Source: Eledone cirrhosa (taxonomy: Eukaryota). From it: a stretch of DNA of 64,000 nt. Shown piece after piece: positions 30,362 through 44,800 of this stretch (the stretch's first letter is position 1; every line of letters starts with the position of its first letter). Under the pieces are notes generated by a model that saw only the letters and a list, made by a program, of their open reading frames with translations, had not been told where the DNA came from and did no database searches. Where the stretch lies: assembly GCA_964016885.1 (NCBI GenBank), contig OZ024748.1:3906001-3970000 (forward strand). Direction: 5' to 3'. The position numbers and the translations under genes are program-made.

Positions 30362-30584
30362 ACCCTCTCTCCCTATCGGTTTCTCTCTCTCTATCTATCT
30401 CATCCTCTCTCTCTCTCTCTATATATATAGTTCTTTCTGTCTCTCTATCAACCTTACTCACACTTGTCCTATTCACCTCCTCCTCCTTCGCCCCCTCCTC
30501 CCCCGTCATTCTATCTTTCTATCTATCTTCCCCCTCTCACCCTTCTCTCTCTCTGTCTACCTCTCTCTCTCTCTCTATATATAC

Positions 30585-30616
<32 letters not shown>

Positions 30617-30912
30617 CTCTCTCTGTCTACCCCCTCTCTCTCTCTCTCTCTCTATCTATCTTTCTCTCGCTCTATCTACATATTTATCTCCCCCTCCTCC
30701 CTGTCAGTCAGTGCATAGCTAAAGATTAATAATTCACACTCTCTACAGTTAAAAGTTAAAAAAGGTCAGCCAACCATAGAACTTTCACATTAGGGTCACC
30801 TTAGTAGATATTTTCATATGTGACTATATGTGAGTATATGTATGTATATGTGTGTATGTGTTCATATAAGTATATATACACACACATACACACATATACA
30901 CACACAGAGACG

Positions 30913-30944
<32 letters not shown>

Positions 30945-31008
30945 CCAATGCATTGACTACTCCCATGGTTAGTGGTCTCCCAGGTCTCAGCTCCGTAGAC
31001 ACTTATAT

Positions 31009-31070
<62 letters not shown>

Positions 31071-31082
31071 TATATATGTATG

Positions 31083-31113
<31 letters not shown>

Positions 31114-31611
31114 GTACGAAAAGTAAACGGAAGCAACATATATACATACATATTTACATATATACCTACCTACATACATACAGACAAACAGACAGACATA
31201 CGTACGTGCATATATACATACAGATATGTGTGTATATATTTTTCAAAATTAGACAAAAACTTTGAAGTTTCGCCAAGTGAGAGCTTTTCAGACGGTAATG
31301 AAAATATAAATGGATGTTTGTCGTATTAGATTCAGGTTTGGGAAAATTAATATTATAGAGATAGGGGTGGCGGGTAGACTGAAATTATCTGTAGAAATTA
31401 ATGAAGAATTAATAGAGTTGGCCAATGGAATGTAACCTTTAACGTCAACCATGTGACACGGCCATTTTGGTGCCAAGACATTTGGCGACGAACGTTTTGG
31501 AGCTCGGAAATATATTTGATTAATTCAAAGGTACAACTGTAACGAGATATCAAAAACAATTTGTATTTACATACATAAGGACATAGATACGCACATATAT
31601 ACATACGTACA

Positions 31612-31830
31612 TGATGGCTGCCCCCTCGTCATCGAGTATGGCCATTGCACGATATAACATTTTTAATAATTATCAATTAATGCTATCGTGCAATGCCTGT
31701 GTTTGAAGATCTTTTTTTAAAGTGAGGAAAAACTGTCCACTGAGCCAATCCCACTCTCTGAGCGACAGTAGCTATAACTCCCCAAAAAGAAAAGATCAAC
31801 ATCATCGGTAACTACTGAGCCGCAGGTTTT
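31612..31830 (-). mobile_element. diverged relative of the RTE-derived retroposon
   Basis: Shares TGGCTGCC..CTCGT..TCGAGTA.GGCCA, AGCCA.TCCCACTCTC and TCAACATCAT blocks. Confidence 0.5.
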
Positions 31831-31986
31831 ATGTCGGAGTTATCCCAGTTTCCTGAGTTGTACATACAGATACACAGACATACGGACGTACATATATACA
31901 TACATATATACATATGTACATACATACATGCATATATACAGATATACAGATATACATACATACAGGCAGACATACATACATATATA

Positions 31987-32573
31987 GTGGCTGCCCACTC
32001 GTTTTCGAGTACGGCCACTACTTTATATCCATGTAGGAGAACCCCTACCGATGCGCTGAACGAGTGTGACTTTTTAGTCCAGCCAGCGACTTGAAAACTC
32101 TGGTATAAACACTACACTTGTGACAATTATTGACACATAGTACTGGGCCCATTGTACCCTGTGACGACAAGTGCAGAGAGATCTCCAGATATAAAGCAAT
32201 GCCTGTGCCGTGAAGCTTTTATAGTGAGCAAAGGCACTGCACAAAGCCAGTCCCACTCTCTAAACCAAGATGATATTTACCAAAAAGAAGGACAAGTCAA
32301 CATCATTGGGTACCATCAGGGTTGCAGGTGTTATATCAAAGTTTTCCTTCTAGAATTCTGCCTTGACAAAGGCTAAGGGGTCATCTCTCCCGGTGATTTT
32401 GGATGGCCATTGACTCTGAAGAGCTCCTTTGCCCTTTGACAGGTTTTGTTTTTAGTCCTGCAGGATGCCCAAAGTCACCCTCCTCACCAAGAAACCTTGG
32501 TGGGGTTGCCAGTTTAGTCGCCAACGACCCGACCATGAGGCAGGTTGTACTGGGATACATGTTACCAGTAGCA
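31987..32573 (-). mobile_element. non-autonomous RTE-derived bipartite retroposon, copy 2
   Basis: See 24835; flanked by (CATA)n-type tracts. Confidence 0.7.
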
Positions 32574-33039
32574 TATACATACATACAGACATACATACGT
32601 ACATATATATATATATACATATATACATACATACTTGCATACAATTCGAATAATGCCATCGCTTGATACTTAAACATGTTTTATGAAGAGTTTTATGAAG
32701 AGTGAGAGTAATGGTAAGAGTAGGTGTCTGTATTGTGGTGGGAGTAACGGTAGGAGGTGATGCTTAATTGTGGTGGGGAGTAATAGTAGGAGGTAGTGTT
32801 TCTATCGTGGTGGGGAGTAATAGTAGGAGGTAGTGTTTCTATTGTGGTGACCAGGGAGTAACGGTGGGAGGTAGTGTTTCTATTGTGGTGGGGAGGGAAA
32901 CATCAATATAAAATATTTACTACATTTATTTAGTATGTCAGCCATTGAACTGTTTGTTGATAAACATAAAGAATATAAACAAACACACACACACACATAT
33001 ATATATGTATATATATATATGTGGGTATCGCGCTCTCTC

Positions 33040-33131
<92 letters not shown>

Positions 33132-33357
33132 GCAACAGCAACATTGACAACAACAACAACATTATCAACAATAACCACACTTGTAACGATAACAACAACA
33201 ACAACAACAACAACAGTAACAACATCAACATCAACAACGATGTTTCTGCTAAGGAAAAAAAGGGGAAAAACACGAAGAAACCTCAACTGATATTTTGAGG
33301 TTCAAGAGCCAAATATTTCTAAAGTAAACAAACATATACATAAACACACACACACAC

Positions 33358-33450
<93 letters not shown>

Positions 33451-33570
33451 CCTATACATATATATATACATATATATATATAATATATATATATATATAT
33501 GCATATATATATACATATACATACATACATATACATATACATATATATATACATATACATATACATATAC

Positions 33571-33603
<33 letters not shown>

Positions 33604-33871
33604 CACATATATATATATAATATACATATACATATATCTATATGTATATGTATATTATACATACATATATATACATATACATACACATACATATATACAT
33701 ATACATACATGTACATACATACACACACACACACACAAACACACATACGTACATGCACACATTCATATAAATATATAAACATACATACACATACATACGT
33801 GCATATACACAGACATACATACTCATATATACAAACATGTACATACACACACAAAACACACATGCGTACAT

Positions 33872-33915
<44 letters not shown>

Positions 33916-34513
33916 GTAAAAACATACATACACATACATAGGTACGCACATGCACTCACACACATACAAATATACATACACAAACATACCGGCATATATA
34001 CGCATATACGGATATACGGATACACCCATTCATACACACACGCATACATATATACACATATACACATACATATATATACACACATACACATACATACATG
34101 CATAGACACATACACACACACAAACACACATGGATATATACATACGTACTCACATACACATACACATATACATACACACAGACAGACACACACACGCACG
34201 GATACACACACACCATTTTGTGTGAATGACATCAAATTTGAAAGCCTTGTCAACACTACTGAAATATTGATGTCACTTGCCTTCCATAAATAATCAAACA
34301 CCACCAGCCTTCCATAACTTCACACAATATTGATACTACCCACCTTCCATAACTTCACATTATATAAATAAAGGACGATTTGTTACGTCTTCATTTCATT
34401 TATTGAGTAGTGACGCGCGTTCCGCTATCGATCAGCTCAAGGTTCGATCTGTATCGACCTTGCCCGATCTAGCCATGAGAGGTTCATTCTGTCATTCTCT
34501 CTCTCACTCCCTC

Positions 34514-34655
<142 letters not shown>

Positions 34656-35002
34656 AAGAGATAGAGATAGATAGATACACACACACACACACACACATAT
34701 ATACCCAAATATGAGCTAATATCCTTAGTAGCGAGCGAAAACGGACGAGCGATGTCCGACCACCGGTGTACGCCAGAATTAGTGAACCGTGAACATCGCA
34801 GCCATTTAGCAGTGCCACCAACTGTGACCAGATGGCGTTCGATTTCTGTTGCACATGACCGGCTATTGTGTGCACTGTTTTTAAAGACAGACCCACCATC
34901 CCCACGACACACAGACAGACATGCATACATAGACAGGCACACAAATACACACACATATATGCATGCGTGTATTTGATGAAAAATACAATACACATATATT
35001 AA

Positions 35003-35069
<67 letters not shown>

Positions 35070-35127
35070 GTGTGTGTTTATATTTGTATGTATATGGATA
35101 TATGTGTGTATTTATGTGTGTGTGTAT

Positions 35128-35278
<151 letters not shown>

Positions 35279-35852
35279 TGCGTATGCGTGTATACATATA
35301 TGTGTATATATATATATATATATATACACATATAAACAAATATATATGTGTATATATATATATATACACACATATATATTTGTTTGCATATATATATACA
35401 TACATATATGGCGATTTAACGATGTTTTTTTCTATCTTTCTACTATACTCTCCCGACGAAGGGCTATACCCCAATACTTTCAACTAATTTTTCGATCGTC
35501 CATCTCACCGTGAAACTAATAACATTATTTTTTTGTGAATCTCTACATTTGCCTTGTTTCAAAAATATATATCTTTCTACATAAACAGAAATAAAAAGAT
35601 GTCACATAAAAGCTACAACGTTTTCTCTATTTTCCAAGGCCTTCGTCTTCTGCTGAGGAGATTCTAACTCGAAATATAAGGTCGTATTTGAATAAAGAAC
35701 AGGTAAAACAGAACATCTTTGTTGCCTCCCTTTATCTTAAATCGTACCACATCTTTCTCATTGTCGCAGCCTTTGAATTACATAGCTTCTTATACTTAAC
35801 GCACAGAGCTTCAAGCAGACTACAATACTCTCTTATATTTGTATACACATAC

Positions 35853-36003
<151 letters not shown>

Positions 36004-36248
36004 CTTTTAAAAACAAGGCAGTGTGAGTGGACATTGTTTATAAGCTAACTTGGTAAAAGCAACGGACATGTTTCGAGCTTATTAAATCTTATCAGTTAAC
36101 GTTATTCATTTGTAAGAAAGATTATATTTAATTGTATCAAAAGGGGAATGAACTGTCTTGGAAACGGAGAAACCCAATTTAATACATTTTCGGTTTCAGC
36201 GTTCTATTATTAATAAAAATCTATCTATCTGTCTCTCTCTCTCACTCT

Positions 36249-36335
<87 letters not shown>

Positions 36336-36342
36336 TCACTCA

Positions 36343-36374
<32 letters not shown>

Positions 36375-36416
36375 TTGTATATGTATATATATATATGTGA
36401 GTTAATATGTGTGCGA

Positions 36417-36503
<87 letters not shown>

Positions 36504-38055
36504 TATACATATATATATGTACATACATACATATATGTATGTATGTATATATATATATATACACATATATATACATATATATATGTATGTATGTATGTTT
36601 ATATATATACATATATGTATATATATAAACATACATACATACATATATATACATATATATATGTATGTATGTATGTTTATATATATACATATATGTATAT
36701 ATATATATATATGAGAATAGAACTGATTTATGAAAGTATTTATCAAATTACTACCTCAACAATCCCTGATAATATTTATTACATTTGAAAAACAAACAAT
36801 TTGCCTTTTTTCTTGTTTTATTCATGTTTTGGGCTTGTTTGTTATGTTTGCTGTTGTTGCTGTTGTTGTTGTTGCTGTTGTTGTTGTAGTTGCTGTTGTT
36901 GTTGTTGTTGTCGTCGTCGTTGTTGTTGTTGGTGTTGTTGTTGCTGTTGTTGTTGTTGCTGTTGTTGTTATTGTTGTTGCTGCTGCTGCTGTTGTTGGTG
37001 TTGTTGTTATTGTTGTTGTTGTTATTGTTGTTGCTGTTGTTGTTGTTGCTGTTGTTGTTGTTGTTGTTGTTATTGTTGTTGTTATTGTTATTGTTGTTGT
37101 TGCTGTGGTTGTTGTTGTTGTTACTGTTATTGTTGTTGTTGTTGCTCTGATTGTTCATGTTGTTATTGATGTTACAGTTATTGTTATTGTCATTGTTGTA
37201 GTTATTGTTGTTGTTATTACTATTATTGTTGTTGTGGTTGTTATTATTATTGTTATTGCTGCTGCTGCTGTTGTTGTTGTTGTTGTTGTTGTTGTTTCAG
37301 ATGACTAAATGTGTATTTTGGTACATTGTTTTGTTATTGTGTCATGTATCACTTTACAACACTTTATAACGCGTGTGCTTACACACACATAGACATAGAC
37401 ACACACACGTATACACACACACACATATATAGACACACACATAGACATAGACACACACACGTATACACACACACATATAGACACAGACACATATAGACAT
37501 AGACACACCACCACCAACAACAACACCACCACCACCACTAACACCACCACCACCACCACCACCACCACCACCACCACCACCACCACCACCACCACCAACA
37601 ACAACAATATTTCTATCTATATAACACAAAGCTGATATTTGATCTTTCCATTAAATTTCAAGAGAAGTCATAAATGAATTCTGTTAAGATTGGATTTCTT
37701 CTGAATTTAGGGAGGTGTGTATGTGTGTGTGTGTGTATGTGTGTGTGTGTATGTGTGTGTGTGTATGTGTGTGTGTGTATGTGTGTGTATTTGTATGCGT
37801 ATGAGGCGTGTGTGTATGTGTGTGCGTATGTGTATGTGTGTTAGTGTGTGTGTGTGTACATGTGTGTTAGTGTGTATGTGTACATATATATGTGTGTGTA
37901 TGTGTTTGTGTGAATGGTCATGTGGTTAAAATCCCTTCAATCTCACAATGACCAGAGTTCGATCCAACTGTCTATACACATACACACACACACCTACATA
38001 CACTCATACAAATACCTACACACACAAACACACACACACACACATATATATATCT

Positions 38056-38086
<31 letters not shown>

Positions 38087-38184
38087 CATACATACATGTA
38101 CACACACACACAGTCACATACATACACATATATATATATACATGTGTATACACACACACACAAATATAAATATACCTGTCTCTC

Positions 38185-38229
<45 letters not shown>

Positions 38230-38435
38230 CTATACACCCTAGGCAATTCATGACATTTATAACAATGCTGTTGAGGTGCATCCGAGGTGTGGTTACATTT
38301 CTTGTTGAAAACTAGAAATGCTATCTATCCCCCTACATACCTAGCAACCTCACTAAATACCTAACTACCCTTCTCACTACATATCTATCTATCTATCTGT
38401 CTGTCGATCTATCTATCTATCTATATATATATCTA

Positions 38436-38521
38436 ATCTTTTTTTTACACGATTGTATGTAAAATCCCCGGCATATGTTCTTGTATTGTCTCCTTTTCTT
38501 GTGCGCCTTTGTGACAAATAA
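38436..38521 (+). mobile_element. Tx1 extreme 3' fragment (~85 bp)
   Basis: TGTAAAATCCCC..TTGTATTGTC..TTGTGCGCCTTTGTG.CAAATAAA matches the full-length 3' end; (ATCT)n on both sides. Confidence 0.7.
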
Positions 38522-38647
<126 letters not shown>

Positions 38648-39619
38648 GGAAAATGGGCGACTGGCACATCGAATGTGCTCAGGCGCTCACAGTCCTCTGG
38701 CAAACGGACCCGGCGATAAGTGGAGACTCCACTTCGACATTCTATTGAGGGTTGGTCCGCAGCAAGTGCGACGACACGCTCGGAGAAACTCTAGGCGTAG
38801 AGGAGGACGAACTGGCCAGTCTGTTCGGTAGGACCTTCCGCCCGGGACCAATGGACAACTTCCAAAAGTCCCTGGCCTGGCAGTGCTACCGAGGAGCTCT
38901 ACCAGTTCGAGACAAGCTCTACAGACACGGGCGCCCGAGCAGGGACCCTTCGAAAAAGATCTGTCCGAGATGCGTGCGCGACGAGGAAACCGTCGCGCAC
39001 GCATTTGTACACTGCCCGGGCGTTACCGACCTGTGGGGCTATGTAGAACGACTATTGTCGTGGGTGGGACCAATCCGGTTGACCACACCACCGAGTCCAT
39101 TGTCATGATCAAACCGCCACCCTCCTTCAAAAACGAAGGAAAGGTGGTTTTCCTCTGTGATAGCTATGGCGAAAGAGGTTGTATGGTGGACGAGGTTGAA
39201 AGGGCTGAGGTCAGACACCTTTCTCTCCGGCTAACAACTGATTCTTTTTTTCAAATACCACTTTGGAAGAAGAATCAGGATGGAGAGAGAGGTGCTGTAC
39301 CCCAGCAAGTTTTATGAAAGGTGGGTGAAAGTGGCGGGAATGGCCCGAGTAAATGGGCCTTCTCTCTATATCAGCCTGTAGGTTGAGGAAAAAGAGGAAG
39401 AGAGGAAAGGGGTACAAACTCTTCGTACTCCTGGAGATGAGGGTTGCACATTTTTTCGGGGGTATGTGTTACCCATATGAAATGTCTCCCCCTATTGGGG
39501 AAAATCGATTGTTTTTTAAATTGCATTTGTGATAGTATTTTACACGTTTTTATTGTATGTAAACTTCCCCCTTTGTATTTGTCCCCTTCTTTTGTGCCCC
39601 TGTGGCTAATAAAGAAACA

Positions 39620-39620
<1 letters not shown>
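38648..39620 (+). mobile_element. 5'-truncated, frameshifted Tx1 copy
   Basis: Aligns to ~44558-45503 (GPMDNFQKSLAWQCYRGALPVR..KKICPRCVR.EETVAHA); AATAAA at 39608. Confidence 0.92.

Positions 39621-39710
<90 letters not shown>
39621..39710. repeat. (ATCT)n
   Basis: Pure tract directly 5' of the full-length element. Confidence 0.95.
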
Positions 39711-39940
39711 ATAATCTAGCTGTCGTCTGTTCTACAGTGTGGATGTCATTCACTTCGCACAGAAGTTTTGTTCAAATTTATTGAGGAAATTTTGTGAGTT
39801 CAAACTTAATTTTGATACAATTGTGTAGCTTGACCCTCCGTCTGAACTGTCAGGCGGTGGGTCAGCTCATCTTTACCCCTCCTAGAGGTGAAAAACCTGT
39901 TTTAAAAAATTTTGTGTAAAAAATTTCAATCGTCTAACAA

Positions 39941-41818
39941 ATGTTAAACGCAGCGAACGAAAATAGTGGTGGGGGGACAGCGGTAAGAGTTGTAAGCTCG
40001 CACGCTTTAGTCCTCCCTTCCTTCCCAACTAACGTCATAGAGAAGGAAGGAAAAATGAAAATAAAAACGGACGAATCTGCGGAGAAAAAATTAAATGTCG
40101 AAAACAACGAAGAAAAAAAATTTGAAAAATTGCATGACAATACTAATAACACAAACAAAGACACAACAAACAAAAAAATAACAGTTGAAAATAACATAAC
40201 ATCAGAAAACAAAGCAGACGACAGGATTTCATTTGCACAGAAAACAAAGAAATCTTTGACTTATATAGCGGAAAACATTTCAGATGTGGTACGAAGGATC
40301 ACGGACGCAAAACAATACATAAGTGAAGGTGAGAATGGTATTTTATTGGTAAAAATGCCTCAAGAATTCACGAAAGACATTGAAAGCCGAACGGTCAAGT
40401 TTCGGACCATCAACAACAGTACAAAAAAACCTGAACAGCCTTCTCAAGCAGATATCAAAACAGTACTCGCAGAAGTACTGAATGAAACAACTTTCATAAG
40501 AAAAGACAGACTGTATGGAAGCCTAGCAATTATCATGAAGAACGAATCGGCGGCAAAAAAATGTGCTTTGTCACCGATTCGTTCGAAAAATTTCACCTTT
40601 TATCCATCTTATATGGGAAAAAAAACTCAACGCATATGGCTGGATGCAATGATGCCAGATGTGGACTACTGCTGGCTCATAGCTGGCTTCATCGATCCAG
40701 TGAATGACAACGTGATTTCCATTGGGAAAACCACAGGCAATGCGTTCAGTGGAACAGGTATAGAGCTGGTAGTACAAATGAAGCCTGAACGCATCGCCCA
40801 AATACCCGACAGAATCCTATTAGAGGACCACGGGTATATAAACATTAGCGTGGAGGGGAGAAGGCCGTCCTGCCATATCTGTGCAGGCAGAGGGCACCTG
40901 AAGGCCGCTTGTCCCCAACTCAACAAAAAGAAAACCCTGCTACCAACACCAGCTCCACCACCACCACCACAACAGATAAACAAACAACAAAACTCAGTCC
41001 CACCCAACCCGTCCCTCAGTAACACCACAACACCACCACAACACAAACAGTCACAACACATTACCCCAAAACAAAATACAGGCCCACCCAACCTCTCACT
41101 CAATAAAACAACACAACCACCGCAGACACAACACACAACACAGTCTAACATAGTGACATCCATCTCCCCCACAAAGAAAACCAACACGGAAACATTACCA
41201 GCAAACATACCTCTTCCCTCCAACACTGAAGATAACCCAACGAATTCGGAGGAAGAAACGGAGTCCTTCAGACAGATTAAAAGGAAAAAAAGAAAACATG
41301 TGCAAAACACACAAGGACAAACAACCCCCACCCAAATCGCAACACAATCTAACAAAACAGAAAACACCCCTCCAGCAACAAACAAAACCAAACCTGCCCC
41401 TCCCCTCTTCGAAACACTCACACCATCGGAAAAAAAGACATTACACTATACTTACATCAACAGAAACAATAATAAATTAAATGAACTCATATACAATAAT
41501 CCTTCGGTACAAACCGAAGGTGTAAACTTTGTTTCATCAGAAAACCACCCACATTTAAAACTAATAAAAATCCCAATGAACCTCTACCAAAAACTAAAAA
41601 AGGATTTTAAGGAGGACGTAGGACCACCCTCTGTCAAACCCATAAACCGCGTCCTACTAAAAAGCTTTCCCCCTCCCCTTCCCCTCCCCAACACAACTCC
41701 AAACACCCCAACCCCACCACACACCGACGACCCCACACCACCACAAGACACCCCTTCACCCAACACCCCCGACCCCATGGAAGTCGTGCAACCCGAACCC
41801 CGGGAAGCGGAAAGGTAG
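39941..41818 (+). CDS. ORF1 nucleic-acid-binding (gag-like) protein, 625 aa
   Basis: Zinc knuckle CHICAGRGHLKAAC (40871-40912), P/T/N-rich linker, basic IKRKKRK. Confidence 0.88.
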   Translation: MLNAANENSGGGTAVRVVSSHALVLPSFPTNVIEKEGKMKIKTDESAEKKLNVENNEEKKFEKLHDNTNNTNKDTTNKKITVENNITSENKADDRISFAQKTKKSLTYIAENISDVVRRITDAKQYISEGENGILLVKMPQEFTKDIESRTVKFRTINNSTKKPEQPSQADIKTVLAEVLNETTFIRKDRLYGSLAIIMKNESAAKKCALSPIRSKNFTFYPSYMGKKTQRIWLDAMMPDVDYCWLIAGFIDPVNDNVISIGKTTGNAFSGTGIELVVQMKPERIAQIPDRILLEDHGYINISVEGRRPSCHICAGRGHLKAACPQLNKKKTLLPTPAPPPPPQQINKQQNSVPPNPSLSNTTTPPQHKQSQHITPKQNTGPPNLSLNKTTQPPQTQHTTQSNIVTSISPTKKTNTETLPANIPLPSNTEDNPTNSEEETESFRQIKRKKRKHVQNTQGQTTPTQIATQSNKTENTPPATNKTKPAPPLFETLTPSEKKTLHYTYINRNNNKLNELIYNNPSVQTEGVNFVSSENHPHLKLIKIPMNLYQKLKKDFKEDVGPPSVKPINRVLLKSFPPPLPLPNTTPNTPTPPHTDDPTPPQDTPSPNTPDPMEVVQPEPREAER

Positions 41819-41851
41819 GTCTCTACACTCTCCTTTGGCTCTGCCGCCCAC

Positions 41852-44800
41852 ATGGATGTGTTAAGAGTAGGATGTTTGAATGCACGTGGCCTGGGCTCAA
41901 CTTGGAAGCAAGCAAAGCTTCTAAATGACCTCAGGTCATGTAGTATAAATGTAATGGTTATCTGTGAGACTCGAATCAGCGTCATGCGGCAGCTGGCCCC
42001 CACCTTCGATGACTTTGAGGTGCATGCATCTCTCTGTCAACCTGGAGGTGGGGGTGGGGTTGTCGTGCTGATGCAAAAACACCTGGGTCTTGCCGTACAG
42101 GTTGTGCACTCGGACCCGGAGGGTCGTTTGTTGGTGCTAGACGTTGGCAGTAGTGAAAGTGCGGCCTTGAGACTGGTCGCCGTCTACTCCCCTTTCGGAG
42201 CTGAACGGCCCGACTTCTTCCAGCGTTTGGAGACTTTTCTGGGAACGTCGCGTTCCCTGCTTCTAGCGGGGGATTGGAATGACATCCTAGATGCACGTTG
42301 GGACTATGCAGGAGCATGTCCTAATAGAGGGGGGTGTAACAGCCTCAAGGGGTTACTCGACCGTTTTAACTTGGTCGATAGATATCGACTAGATTTTCCA
42401 ACTGTGCCTACCTGGACTTGGAGAAACCACAGTGGTCAATCTAGATCGTACTTAGATAGATTCTTAGTTAGAAGTAAGGATAGGGACATATTAAGCTGTC
42501 CAGAAATGCGCACGGTTGGCTACACGGATCACAAATTAGTGACCTGCGTGGTCAATCTCGAGAAAACACATAGACAGGGTCCCGGTTACTGGAAACTTAA
42601 TTTGTCTTTACCGGCAAAAGAGACTTACAGAAACCGGATTAGCAGATTAGTTAAGGAGAGGTTGACGGGTGCAATCGTCAACAACCGATGGTGGGCATCT
42701 CTCAAAAGAGAGATTAGAACAGAATCAATAAGTTATAGCAAGATGTTAGCTGCCAATAGGAATAGAAACGAGAAAGAATTAACAGGTAAATTAGAAGAGG
42801 CAATCAAGAGCGAAGATGTGGCCAGAGTGCTGGCATCGAGGACGGCCTTGAACCAGTTTTTCGATGCAAAGCATGAAGGCTGCGTCATTCGAAGTAAAAT
42901 ACGTGCTCTAGGTAATGAGGGGGCCAAAGCCGTTGGATGGGCCCGCGTGACAGAAGCTAAAAGTGGAAATCGATCCACCATCCGGTCGTTGCAAGACGAA
43001 GATGGACGAGTGATCCGGGAGCCTAAGCAGATGTGCGAGGCCTTTCAAAAGCACTTTGCCCGATTGTTCGGGGGAGGCGAGGGTCCGGGCCGGGGCGTGG
43101 ATTTCGGTCCATACCTCGACGGCCTGCCGCGTCTCTCGAACAAAGAGGCGGAGTCCTGCGAGGGACCAATCTCGGCTGATGAGATCGGAGATGCGCTGAG
43201 CCAATGCAGCAGACGCAAATCTCCAGGTCTCGATGGTATACCTTACGAACTTTATTTAGCAATGCCGGTCTTCTTCTCCGAACTCCTCGAAGCGGTCTAC
43301 TGCAATTGGCAGCAGAACGGGAGAATTCCTTGTTCTGTAGCCAAGGGCGTAGTCACGCTGGTGAGGAAGGACGAGAACAAGGGGGATAGTATAAATAATT
43401 TTCGGCCCATAACCCTGCTAAACACAGAGTTAAAGATTTTGGCCAAGGTGTTAGCAAAGAGGTTGGCGCTTGTCGTGGGTGGCCTGGTGGGAGATGCGCA
43501 GACATGTGCTATCCCATCCAGGTCCATTCACGATAACCTCCACCTCATGCGATACATCATAGAGAGGGTTGGCAACAAACCCGGCTTCGGTGGGGCCCTG
43601 ATCAACTTGGATCAGTCTAAGGCCTTCGATAGGGTCGACCATGGTTACCTGGATGCGGTGCTAGCGGCGGCTGGGTTCGGTCCTGTTTTCAGAGGCTGGA
43701 TCACTGCCCTACATAGCAACCACATCTGTTCTAGGATCAAGGTGAACGGCTACCTTTCGAAGCCGTTCGAAATCACACGATCCATTCGACAGGGGTGCCC
43801 TCTCTCCTCCCTTCTGTACGTATTGACTCTCGAGCCTTTACTGAGGAAGTTGGAGTTGTTGCAGGGTATCCCCCTGGAACCAGGATTGAGCAAAGCGGTG
43901 TCGGCCTACGCCGATGACGTAACAGTAATGGTATCAACCGACTCGGAGATCGAGGCGATCGGTACCTTACTGGAGGAGTACGAAAGGTTGTCAGGAGCGA
44001 AACTGAACCGGGAAAAATCCATCGGGCTGCAACTCGGAACGTGGAGAGGCAGACCGATGCCTCCCGATGGTGTCGTCGGACACTGGACGGAGGGCCCGGT
44101 AAAGTTGCTTGGGGTCTGGTTTGGACCGGACCTCCAGGTGGAAAAGAACTGGAACGAGGTTACGAACAAGGTGTTTGCACTAACCCAGAAATGGGCCAAG
44201 TGTAAGCTGTCCCTAAAAGGCCGGGCGGAGGTGGCGAACATTTACATAGCGTCCGTCACTTACTACCGCCTGACTGTCGTGCCTTGCCCTAAGGAAACAC
44301 TCACCACCATGGAACGCATGCTCTTCCAATTTCTTTGGAAGAAGCGTCCTCCTATGGTGAGAAGATCCATCTGCTGCCAACAACCTTCGAAAGGAGGGCT
44401 GGGGATGCCGTGGTTGATGATGCGTAGGCACGCATTAAGGCTACGGCACCTACAGGTATTCCTCACTGGTCAACCGGTGTGGGCTCCGTTCGTGAAACGA
44501 GCCTTTCCGAGACTCGTCTCACTCACCGAGCTACAGTCCTGGGTCAAGCAAAGATCCGGAAAACTGGGAGACTGGCACACTGAGTGTGCTCAGGCGCTCA
44601 GGGCTCTCTGGCAAGCGGGCCGGGCCATCGGTGGAGAATCCACCTCATCATTCTATAGAGGGCTGGTGGCTAGCAGGGGCGATGACACCCTTGGAGAGTC
44701 GCTGGACATGGAAGAAGACGAACTGGCCAGCCTGTTCGGTAGGACTTTCGGCCCAGGACCAATGGACAACTTCCAGAAGTCACTGGCCTGGCAGTGCTAC

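Noticed and set aside
40666-42003. Antisense ORFs over ORF1 and alternative-frame ORFs in ORF2
   Set aside because: Explained by strand composition; no motifs.
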